This document shows, one piece after another, positions 1 through 8,452 of a stretch of 32,000 bases of DNA. Location of the stretch: NCBI GenBank assembly GCA_964640155.1, contig CAZXEQ010000003.1, positions 164,189-196,188 on the forward strand, in the 5' to 3' direction. Each line of letters starts with the position of its first letter. Within the stretch, counting starts at the first letter, position 1. The translations under genes and the position numbers were made by a program. The stretch comes from an uncultured bacterium. GTDB taxonomy: Bacteria > Auribacterota > JACPWU01. Below the pieces are notes generated by a model. The model was given only the letters and a program-made list of their open reading frames with translations, made no database searches and was not told the origin of the DNA.

Positions 1-1
1 C

Positions 2-3000
2 ATTGATAAAATTGTTGAGCTTGCAAAAGAAAAAAATGTAGATGCGATTCATCCAGGATATGGGTTCTTGTCTGAAAATGAAGGATTTGCTTCTGCTTGT
101 GAGAAAGCAGGAATTATTTTTATTGGCCCTTCTTCAAAACATATTGCAATGATGGGCAATAAAGTTGCTGCAAGAAACTTAGCCCAAAAAATGGGGCTTC
201 CCGTTGTTCCTGGGACTGAAACACCTGTGAGTCTTGAAGATGCCATTCCTCTTGCTCAAAAGATTGGTTTTCCTGTGATGTTGAAATCTGTCTTTGGGGG
301 AGGCGGTCGAGGAATGCGAATTGCTCGAAGTGTAGAAGAGCTCAAATCATTTTATGTTGAAGCTGCAAGTGAGTCCAAAAGTGCTTTTGGTCGTCCAGAA
401 ATTTTTGTTGAAAAACTAGTTGAACAACCCAAACACATGGAAGTTCAGATATTGGGAGATCAACATGGACAGGTGGTTCACTGCTTTGAAAGAGATTGTT
501 CCATTCAACGACGACATCAAAAAGTTATTGAATTAGCACCTGCCTTGGCTTTGTTGAGCTCTCAAGAGGGTAGAAGTCTTCGAGAGAAAATTTTGAGCTC
601 TGCTGTGAAACTGGCGCGTGAAGCAGGATATTACAGTGCAGGGACTGTTGAATTCTTGGTTCAACCTGAATCAGGAAAATTCTATTTCATGGAAATGAAT
701 ACTCGCATTCAGGTGGAGCATACTGTGACGGAGATGATTACAGGAATTGATTTAGTAAAGGCTCAAATTAAAATTGCAGAAGGTTATAAGCTTTCTGATC
801 CGGAAATTGGTATTACCAAACAGGAAGATGTGCAATATCGAGGAGCAGCCATTCAATGTCGAATCACCACAGAAGATCCATCTGCCAATTTTGTTCCTGA
901 TTATGGACGTTTAACGACGTATCGATCTCCTGCGGGTCATGGCGTGCGTTTGGATGCAGGTAGTGCTCACACAGGGGCCATTATTACACCTTTCTATGAT
1001 TCTCTTCTCGTCAAAGTGACCACGTATGGTCGGCATTTGAGAGAAGCAGCTGAGCGAATGGATAGGGCTCTGGCAGAATTTAGAATTCGAGGGGTCAAAA
1101 CCAATATTAATTTTCTTCGTGCTGTGATGAAGGAAAATGAATTTCTTGAAGGTGATTTTAGAACAAACTATTTAGAAAATCATCCTGAACTTAGAATTAT
1201 TTCGGAAGACAGAGATCGAGCGTCAAAACTTCTTTTTTATATTGCAAATATTATTGCTAATGGGAATCCTGCAGTTAAAAATTTTCAAAGACCTAAACAA
1301 ACTGTATTTGCTCGTATCCCAGAATATGATCACATGGCAGCTGCACCTCGCGGAGCAAAACAAATTTTAGAAGAAAAAGGTCCTGAAGGGCTTGTAAAGT
1401 GGATTTTAAATCAGAAGAAGCTATTGATTACAGATACTACTTTTCGAGATGCTCATCAATCTCTTCTGGCGACGCGTGTACGAACTTTTGACATGTTGGC
1501 TGTGGCTAAAGGAATGTGTAGACGTGAGCCCAATGTTTTCTCATATGAAATGTGGGGAGGCGCTACATTCGACACCGCTTTAAGATTTTTGAAAGAAGAT
1601 CCGTGGGGAAGATTGGCCACCATTCGACAGGCCATGCCCAATGCACTCTTGCAAATGTTGCTGCGTGGATCCAATGCGGTGGGGTATACCAGTTATTCTC
1701 CATCCGTTGTCAAAAGCTTTGTTCAATTAGCTGCTGAAACAGGTGTTGATATTTTTAGAATATTTGATGCTTTTAATCAATTAAAGTCCATTCAAGTAGC
1801 GATAGAGGCTGTGCGTGAGGTAGGTCGTATTGCAGAACCTGCCCTTTGCTATACCGGCAATATTGAAGATCCTAAAAGAAGCAAATACTCTTTAAATTAT
1901 TATGTGAAGCTTGCCAAAGAATTTGAGAAAGCTGGAGCCCATATTTTAGGGGTTAAAGATATGGCAGGTCTTTTACGTCCCTATTCAGCGAGAGCTTTAA
2001 TAAAAGCTTTAAAGCAGGAAATTGGTATCCCCATTCATTTACATACCCATGATACAACTGGAGTACAAGCTGCTACGGTTTTGATGGCAGCAGAAGAAGG
2101 GGTTCATATCGTGGATGCAGCTTTGGCCTCTATGAGTGGCATTATGTCTCAAATGAATTTAAACAGTTTGGTAGCCGCTTTAGAGCATCATGACCGAGGT
2201 ACAGGGTTGGATTTACCTACTTTAAATGAGTATTCTGCATATTGGGAGGAAGTTCGCAAAAACTATACTCCTTTTGAATCTTATCTTCGTAGTAGTTCTG
2301 CAGAAGTTTATTTTCACGAGATGCCGGGTGGACAATACACCAATCTTTATGAACAAGCCCAGGCAATGGGACTTGCTCCTCGGTGGAATGAAGTGATTAA
2401 GGCTTATGCTTTTGCCAATAAATTGTTCGGAGATATTATTAAAGTAACACCATCTTCAAAAGTGGTTGGAGATATGGCGCTTTTTATTGTCGCCAATAAT
2501 TTGGATGAGACTAACTTTTTTGAACGAACTCAAGCAATGTCCTTTCCTGCAAGTGTTATTAATATGATGAAAGGAGAGCTGGGCTTTCCAGATGGAGGAT
2601 TTCCAAAACGCATACAAGAATTAGTGCTTAAAGATCAATCCAAGTCAATGCTAGCGACTTCTTCTGTTGAGCTTCCTCAATTAAAAGAGGATTTTGAGAA
2701 AAAATTGGCAGTGATTATCAAAAAACCTGTCATTAGAATCAGTGATCAGGATCTGATGTCTTATGCGATGCATCCTCAGGCTACTTTGGATTATATCAGC
2801 CATAAAAAAATGTACGGAGACACTTCCATTTTGCCCACTTCAACCTTTTTCTTTGGAATGCAGTCTGGCGAAGAAATTATGGTAGATATTGAAGAGGGGA
2901 AAACGCTTTATATTAAATTGATTGCCATTTCGGATACCGATGCTGAAGGGATGAAAACCGTATTTTTTGAATTAAATGGAGATCCACGTGATGTCAAAGT

Positions 3001-3271
3001 GCGTGATCAGAAAAAAGAAGTAGAAACCTTTAAACGTGCAAAAACTGATACAGATAATTTACATCAGGTGGGTTCTCCTATGCCTGGGCGAGTGACCAAT
3101 GTATTTGTAAAATCAGGGGATTCTATTCAAAAAGGTGATAAGTTGTTTATGCTTGAAGCTATGAAAATGGAAACATCCATTGCTGCTTCTAGATCGGGAA
3201 TTGTCTCTGCTGTCTATGTTAAATCAGGGGATATCGTTGAAGCAGGTGATTTAGTGATGGTGTATCAATAA
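2..3271 (+). CDS. pyc: Pyruvate carboxylase (single-chain), 5'-truncated by the window edge
   Basis: The reading frame is open from nt 2 (IDKIVELAKEKNVDAIHPGYGFLSENE...) and joins the 68..3271 ORF. It has an ATP-grasp biotin carboxylase region (GGGGRGMR, MEMNTRIQVEH). The carboxyltransferase TIM-barrel motifs are present (FRDAHQSLLATR, VKDMAGLL, HLHTHDTTG). The C-terminal biotinyl domain carries the EAMKME attachment motif. Confidence 0.95.
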   Translation: MDKIVELAKEKNVDAIHPGYGFLSENEGFASACEKAGIIFIGPSSKHIAMMGNKVAARNLAQKMGLPVVPGTETPVSLEDAIPLAQKIGFPVMLKSVFGGGGRGMRIARSVEELKSFYVEAASESKSAFGRPEIFVEKLVEQPKHMEVQILGDQHGQVVHCFERDCSIQRRHQKVIELAPALALLSSQEGRSLREKILSSAVKLAREAGYYSAGTVEFLVQPESGKFYFMEMNTRIQVEHTVTEMITGIDLVKAQIKIAEGYKLSDPEIGITKQEDVQYRGAAIQCRITTEDPSANFVPDYGRLTTYRSPAGHGVRLDAGSAHTGAIITPFYDSLLVKVTTYGRHLREAAERMDRALAEFRIRGVKTNINFLRAVMKENEFLEGDFRTNYLENHPELRIISEDRDRASKLLFYIANIIANGNPAVKNFQRPKQTVFARIPEYDHMAAAPRGAKQILEEKGPEGLVKWILNQKKLLITDTTFRDAHQSLLATRVRTFDMLAVAKGMCRREPNVFSYEMWGGATFDTALRFLKEDPWGRLATIRQAMPNALLQMLLRGSNAVGYTSYSPSVVKSFVQLAAETGVDIFRIFDAFNQLKSIQVAIEAVREVGRIAEPALCYTGNIEDPKRSKYSLNYYVKLAKEFEKAGAHILGVKDMAGLLRPYSARALIKALKQEIGIPIHLHTHDTTGVQAATVLMAAEEGVHIVDAALASMSGIMSQMNLNSLVAALEHHDRGTGLDLPTLNEYSAYWEEVRKNYTPFESYLRSSSAEVYFHEMPGGQYTNLYEQAQAMGLAPRWNEVIKAYAFANKLFGDIIKVTPSSKVVGDMALFIVANNLDETNFFERTQAMSFPASVINMMKGELGFPDGGFPKRIQELVLKDQSKSMLATSSVELPQLKEDFEKKLAVIIKKPVIRISDQDLMSYAMHPQATLDYISHKKMYGDTSILPTSTFFFGMQSGEEIMVDIEEGKTLYIKLIAISDTDAEGMKTVFFELNGDPRDVKVRDQKKEVETFKRAKTDTDNLHQVGSPMPGRVTNVFVKSGDSIQKGDKLFMLEAMKMETSIAASRSGIVSAVYVKSGDIVEAGDLVMVYQ

Positions 3272-3283
3272 TAAATTTTATTT

Positions 3284-4867
3284 CTATTTATTCTTTAAAA
3301 CTTCTAATTCTAATATTCTATCTGCCCTAAAAGTTCTTTTCCCCTGATTTTGAGCATCAAGGGCAATCAGTCCCGTATATTTTTTACCTAAATATTCTAA
3401 TTCTCCGAGGAAAGAAGGCTCTATCACTCTTTTCGATTTTTCGTCATTGGCTTTGAGATACACAATCTGAAGTTTTTGCTTTGTTTTAATTGCTTCTTTG
3501 ATGATGTCCATTTTTTGTTCTAAAGAGATGTTTTTCTCTGAAAGCTTATATTGATATTGAGTCACAAATCGAACCACTTTCCAGTCCATAAAGATATGAT
3601 GCTTTTGAATGGGTTTCTTGAGAACAATACCATTCAAAGTGGTACATCGACTGAGCGCAACATACATTTGTCCGTGACTAAATGTGCCTTTGCCGATATC
3701 AATGATTACATGATCAAATGTTTTTCCCTGACTCTTATGAATGGTGACCGCCCAGGCGAGCATCAGGGGGTACTGTGTAAAGGATCCAATAGTTTCCGAG
3801 ACGAGTTTGTCTGCTTTCGCATCATAGGAGAATCGGGATAATTTCCATGTATGGGGAATAATATTTTCTATTTCTCCATCTGCTAATTTGACTTGGATCA
3901 TGTCCTGACCATCTTCTGTGAAAATCTTAACAATTTCTCCAAGGCTTCCATTGACCCATCGTCCATCGGCGTCATTATTGAGCATCATGATTTGAGCGCG
4001 TTCTTTGAGTGATAAAGCCATGGTAGTAGGGAGATAGTTGCTTTCAAAATCCCCACTTTTTTCTCCTAAATATGAATGAAGCTTTCCTGGAATTTTCCCC
4101 AGTTGAGCATGATTAATTTCTTGAGCTTGCTGATTGGTTGTTGTGAGATAAATAAAAAAATCTTTTTGAGAGGGTTCAAAATCAGGATTAAATCTTTCAT
4201 TAATAGCTTTAAGATCGTTCTCTTTTGCAGAATTATTACGGATGGTATTGAGCAAATGAATAAAGTTTTCATCTGTTTGACGATAAATTTTCTCTAGTTC
4301 TAAAAATTCCATAGAGAAGTTTTCAAAAGCATGAGCGTCAAAAAAATAGGGACTTGGGTAATAAGAACTGAAAATTTCTCTTTCTTTGCTCGTGACTACT
4401 GGTGGAAGCTGATACAAATCTCCAATAAAAATCATTTGTACGCCTCCGAAAGGAAGATCAGCATACTCGCCATTGAGACGCATAAATCTGTCTATACAGT
4501 CAAGAAGGTCAGAGCGCACCATGGATATTTCATCGATTACAATGGTTTTTAGTTTCATAAAAATCTTTTTGGTGTGACTTTGCGCAGATAGTTTCTTGAT
4601 CTTATCAGGTGTGATATCTGTTTTAAATCTGAAGAAGGAGTGAATGGTTTGTCCTTGAACATTTAATGCGGACACTCCCGTAGGAGCAAGGACGACGATT
4701 TTCTTTTTTGTAGTATCACGAAAAAGTTTAAGAAGAGTAGATTTTCCAGTTCCAGCTCGACCGGTGATAAACACATTCTTGCTGGTGTTCTCCATGAACT
4801 CCAGAGCTTTTTTAAACTGATCATTAATTTCGATGTGTTGTAGAGACATTTGATTGCTCGATGCCAC
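3284..4867 (-). CDS. PIF1/RecD-family ATP-dependent DNA helicase with a C-terminal WYL-like domain
   Basis: Walker A is GRAGTGKST and Walker B-like is VIDEISMV. The IGDLYQLPPV and HKSQGKTFD motifs are typical of the PIF1/RecD SF1B family. The C-terminal ~90 aa end in a GKRTFRADRILELE (R.FR.DRI) WYL-type signature. The start is GTG at 4867, and ATG at 4849 is an alternative. Confidence 0.85.
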   Translation of the reverse strand: MASSNQMSLQHIEINDQFKKALEFMENTSKNVFITGRAGTGKSTLLKLFRDTTKKKIVVLAPTGVSALNVQGQTIHSFFRFKTDITPDKIKKLSAQSHTKKIFMKLKTIVIDEISMVRSDLLDCIDRFMRLNGEYADLPFGGVQMIFIGDLYQLPPVVTSKEREIFSSYYPSPYFFDAHAFENFSMEFLELEKIYRQTDENFIHLLNTIRNNSAKENDLKAINERFNPDFEPSQKDFFIYLTTTNQQAQEINHAQLGKIPGKLHSYLGEKSGDFESNYLPTTMALSLKERAQIMMLNNDADGRWVNGSLGEIVKIFTEDGQDMIQVKLADGEIENIIPHTWKLSRFSYDAKADKLVSETIGSFTQYPLMLAWAVTIHKSQGKTFDHVIIDIGKGTFSHGQMYVALSRCTTLNGIVLKKPIQKHHIFMDWKVVRFVTQYQYKLSEKNISLEQKMDIIKEAIKTKQKLQIVYLKANDEKSKRVIEPSFLGELEYLGKKYTGLIALDAQNQGKRTFRADRILELEVLKNK

Positions 4868-4918
4868 AAATTAAGTTGCTATAGGGAAGGCTATCAAAAA
4901 AAAGGAGGCGGGTGCAAT

Positions 4919-5554
4919 TTAATCATATTTAAAAAAATAATAGAGAAATTTCATATATTCATTAAATACGGTAATGAGTCCATCCTCGCAAAGCCACCAA
5001 TCATTTGCATCAAAAAATTGATGGGGTGCTTCAATGGCAGAGATATGCACATTCATTCCTTTAAAAACTTTTTTAAAAATCCATTTAGCCCTTTTTGAAT
5101 GAAACCCGGAAGTTACAATAATGATGGATTTAAAAGATTCCTTTTTCTCTATATAACGGCGTAAAGCTTTGGCTTCATCGTAAGTTCCTTCCACAGGTTC
5201 TTCAATAGCAATAATAGCACTGTCAGGAATATGCCTGTATTTAGTTAATACGAGGGCATTGAGTTTTGCGCTTGTAATTCTATAGCCTAAAAGAGGGAAT
5301 AGGTGATTATCGTAGTCACTACCAAATGTCACAATTTTTGGAGCGAATCCTTGCTGGTAAAGGTTAGCTGCTTTTTTGTTGCGCATAGGAATACCCCCTG
5401 AAAGGATTACAATGACATCTGAAGGTTCAGGAGCATCACTAGAAACAAGTACGCGTGCTACTAATGGTAACCATGCCCAGCGAGTGCTAAAAGGGATAGC
5501 AATCATTAAACTTAAAATAATAATAACAATAAAAAATCGATAGGGATGTTTCAT
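4919..5554 (-). CDS. DUF218 (YdcF/SanA/ElyC-family) membrane-anchored protein
   Basis: It has an N-terminal hydrophobic helix (FFIVIIILSLMIAIPF). The core motifs are VILSGG ... IIIVTSGFHSKRA, as in the YdcF/SanA family. Its ATG overlaps the stop of the upstream gene as ATGA (5551-5554). Confidence 0.75.
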   Translation of the reverse strand: MKHPYRFFIVIIILSLMIAIPFSTRWAWLPLVARVLVSSDAPEPSDVIVILSGGIPMRNKKAANLYQQGFAPKIVTFGSDYDNHLFPLLGYRITSAKLNALVLTKYRHIPDSAIIAIEEPVEGTYDEAKALRRYIEKKESFKSIIIVTSGFHSKRAKWIFKKVFKGMNVHISAIEAPHQFFDANDWWLCEDGLITVFNEYMKFLYYFFKYD

Positions 5555-7227
5555 GAGCTCATAGAAGGCGCTTTTTCCGGGACGCGATAGAGGTAAAGGG
5601 TCTTCGTTTTTACAGGCCCTTCTTTAAATATTTTTTTTTGAATAAGAGGTAAATCATTAATGAAAAAAGTACAAGTTACAACCCTTGCTCCAGGGCGAAG
5701 ACGATTTTGAAGAAGGGATTTCAATTTAGGATAAATGGGAGTGGGTAAATACAATGTTACAACAGTGGCTGACCCAACATTTGCTTGTTTAACGTCTTCT
5801 AATAGAAATTGTACACGAGAGCCTACGCCTGCTTGATGAGCATTCTCTTTCGCTTCAGAAATGCGTTGAGGGTCTATATCAATTCCTACACCTCGCGCTC
5901 CATGCATCTTAGCAGCTGCAATGACAATACGCCCATCCCCACAGCCTAAATCATAGACAATATCTTGAGGCCCTACCTCAGCTAATTCAAGCATTTTCTT
6001 AATCACTGCAGGAGATGAGGGTGCGTAAGTCGCCAAATCTGTTTTTGGGAGTCCACGAATCAGTTTGAATATATATTTTGCGATTAATCGAACTGGCCGT
6101 ATGAAATAATAGAGTGCGCAGAGCGATTTAGGCAAAGGTAAAAGAACCCAATCTTGAGGAGTAGGTATCGTACACCTAAGACAAAACTTGATTTTATCAG
6201 TCCATCTCTCAAAAGTTTGAAGATAGAGGAAGTTGTTAGCCAAAAATTTAGATAGACGGTGTTGTTTTTTGAAAAGTCTTTCTTTGACTTTTTTTGTCAA
6301 AACTCCCACTTTTAATAAATCATTTTCAATTTCTTGAATTATATTTTGAGGAAGATTCACTTCAAATAAGTCAGTGGCTAAGCGAAGTCCAAGAAATAGC
6401 ATACGTTGTCCATTTAATTCATAAGCTCTTTTAATTACCCATTTCCAGTTTATATTGTCATAGGTTCGCAGTGTTTCAGCAACCTCACAGATCCAATTCA
6501 ATTTTTTCCATGCATGTTTAGCTCCATGAAAGCAGAGAATTAAAAGTAAATTTTCCGGTGAAAAAGTTTTCACAAATTTATTGGCTAAAGATACAGTTTC
6601 CAGATTTTCCCATAAAGTTTCATCCGTGTCTGGGCGTGAAAAAGAGAAAAAGCTCAGATCTGTTCTCCAATGAAGATCAATATGAATCTTATTTCGGGTA
6701 AAGGTTTGTTTGCGGTCGATTTGAAGTAAGTCTTCTTGTTGTTCTTGAGTTAGTTTAAAGAGGGAGGAATAACCATAATTCTCTAAAATTTTTTTTGCTT
6801 TTAATGCATTTCTTTGATGTATAAAAATGTCTAGATCAACAAATTTATGAAGAGTGAAATCCTTATAGAGAGCTGCTGCTAAAACAGGTCCCTTGTAAAA
6901 AATAGCAGGAATATCTTCCTTTTTGAGTGAATCTAAAATTTTGAATAATTCCAGGGTTATTGAGAGGGAACGTCTTGAATTAATCTGAAAATATTCTTGA
7001 AGTTCTGCAAGAACAAATTGAGGAACAAGATCAGAAAAATGAGACTTTATGTTTTTGTACAAAAGAGACGCCACTTGGTGATGCGCGGCAATTTGAAGGA
7101 AATAATTCCAGTTGATCTTTTGCTGGAGTAAAATTTTAATCTGCTCTATCTTTTTTGAGGGCATTTCTGTTCGTGTACAAGCAATGAGAAGTTTTTCTTC
7201 AGGACGAAAATTACAATGGGTGAGCAT
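5551..7227 (-). CDS. Fusion protein: lasso-cluster-type nucleotidyltransferase (NTP_transf_5/PF14907-like) plus a C-terminal class I SAM-dependent methyltransferase
   Basis: The N-terminal ~390 aa are paralogous to ORF 7343..8446 (YKGPVLAAALY...FVDLDIFI, a pol-beta-type G..DxD; HGAKHAWKKLNWICE). The C-terminal ~165 aa carry SAM motif I, VYDLGCGDGRIVIAAAK, followed by GIDIDP. It is a single uninterrupted ORF. Confidence 0.8.
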   Translation of the reverse strand: MLTHCNFRPEEKLLIACTRTEMPSKKIEQIKILLQQKINWNYFLQIAAHHQVASLLYKNIKSHFSDLVPQFVLAELQEYFQINSRRSLSITLELFKILDSLKKEDIPAIFYKGPVLAAALYKDFTLHKFVDLDIFIHQRNALKAKKILENYGYSSLFKLTQEQQEDLLQIDRKQTFTRNKIHIDLHWRTDLSFFSFSRPDTDETLWENLETVSLANKFVKTFSPENLLLILCFHGAKHAWKKLNWICEVAETLRTYDNINWKWVIKRAYELNGQRMLFLGLRLATDLFEVNLPQNIIQEIENDLLKVGVLTKKVKERLFKKQHRLSKFLANNFLYLQTFERWTDKIKFCLRCTIPTPQDWVLLPLPKSLCALYYFIRPVRLIAKYIFKLIRGLPKTDLATYAPSSPAVIKKMLELAEVGPQDIVYDLGCGDGRIVIAAAKMHGARGVGIDIDPQRISEAKENAHQAGVGSRVQFLLEDVKQANVGSATVVTLYLPTPIYPKLKSLLQNRLRPGARVVTCTFFINDLPLIQKKIFKEGPVKTKTLYLYRVPEKAPSMSS

Positions 7228-7342
7228 AGTTTGTTTATGGTTTTAAATGTTGATAAAGTGATTTGCGTAGTGTTTTGAACACTGTATACGATTTTTATTC
7301 GTTACGAATAGGAATGAGTGTAACTTACGTTTAAATATTAAG

Positions 7343-8446
7343 TCAAGAACTTGAGGTTTTAAAAGGACTTGTCATTTTTTTTAGAATGAAACGAACTGAT
7401 CGTACGATATACTTTGGTGTAATAGACTTTAGGAGCAATCGTATTTTGTCTTTATGTCCCTCCATAGTTGAAAAACGAAAAGTAATATCAAAAATTCTAG
7501 AAAGGGCATGTTTTTTCTTAAAGAGTCGCTCACATGTTTTATAGACTAACTTTTTAACGTTAGGATCTTTTTGTATAAATTTGATTGCTTCGTTTGGGAT
7601 AGGGATTTTGAAGAGGTTTTCTGACAGGCAAAGAGCTAATAAAACCATTCTTTTTTGAGTTTTGTTTTCAGCTCTTTTCAATATCCATGACCAATTCATT
7701 TCAGGGTATTTCTCAATCATTTCTGTAATATCAGATATCCAATTAAGACGGTTCCAAGCATGTTGAGCTCCGTGTGCGCAGAGGACTAAAAATAAATGCT
7801 CTGGAGAAAAGGTGTGTAAAAAATGATTTCCTAAAACTATTGATTGAGCTCTTTCTTCTAAAGGTTCGTTTATTGTATGTGTTTCCCAGTGAAGATCTAT
7901 ATAGACCCCATTTTTTAAAAAAGTTGGATCACAATGATATCGAAAAATATAATCCCATTGGTCGTCTGTGAATCCCATGCTTATGTGGTAGCCTTGAGCC
8001 TGTAAAAGATTTTTAGCTTTAGGGGCATCGTTCTTGTGGATAATAATATCTAAGTCATTAAATTGTCGCAGATGGACCTGTCCATAAAGCATTAGAGCTA
8101 GAATAGGGCCTTTATAAGAAATAACAAAAATATTTTGCTTTGCAAATAAATCCAAAATTTTTATTAATTCCGCGGTCATTTGCAGTGTACGTCGTGAAGA
8201 GTTCTCAAAGTATTCACGAAGTTTGGCCAAAACGAGATCTGGAACATTCTCGCGAAAGAAAGAGTTTAAATGTGTGTAAACAAGGGGTGTGAGTTTATGA
8301 TAAAAGACAATTTTAACAAAGTAGTCCCAATCTATATTTCCCTTTAGTAGATCTTTGATGTGTTCTGTTTTATCGGGACTGAGGGGAGATCGCGCACAGG
8401 CAAACAGAAGTTTTTGTTCAGGACTAAAGAAATTGTGTTGTATCAT
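7343..8446 (-). CDS. Nucleotidyltransferase family protein (NTP_transf_5/PF14907-like), stand-alone paralog
   Basis: It aligns along its whole length with the N-terminal part of 5551..7227 (FSPEQKLLFACAR, YKGPILALMLY...FNDLDIII, HGAQHAWNRLNWISD). The ATG at 8446 (MIQHNFF) matches the paralog N-terminus. The track start at 8458 is a TTG. Confidence 0.8.
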   Translation of the reverse strand: MIQHNFFSPEQKLLFACARSPLSPDKTEHIKDLLKGNIDWDYFVKIVFYHKLTPLVYTHLNSFFRENVPDLVLAKLREYFENSSRRTLQMTAELIKILDLFAKQNIFVISYKGPILALMLYGQVHLRQFNDLDIIIHKNDAPKAKNLLQAQGYHISMGFTDDQWDYIFRYHCDPTFLKNGVYIDLHWETHTINEPLEERAQSIVLGNHFLHTFSPEHLFLVLCAHGAQHAWNRLNWISDITEMIEKYPEMNWSWILKRAENKTQKRMVLLALCLSENLFKIPIPNEAIKFIQKDPNVKKLVYKTCERLFKKKHALSRIFDITFRFSTMEGHKDKIRLLLKSITPKYIVRSVRFILKKMTSPFKTSSS

Positions 8447-8452
8447 AAAAAA

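Noticed and set aside
7228-7342. Small inverted repeats (AGTGTT-TTG-AACACT and ATTCGT-T-ACGAAT) in the spacer between the two nucleotidyltransferase genes, considered as a terminator or operator
   Set aside because: The stems are only 6 bp and one has a 1-nt loop. Neither is followed by a T-tract on the transcribed (minus) strand. Such short palindromes are expected by chance in AT-rich spacers.
8360-8452. The GTG-initiated 31-codon N-terminal extension of cyclase C1 given by the ORF track
   Set aside because: It lies entirely antisense within the divergent nucleotidyltransferase gene. Its sequence (FCFIGTEGRSRTGKQ...) has no counterpart in paralog C2, whose N-terminus aligns from the ATG at 8453.
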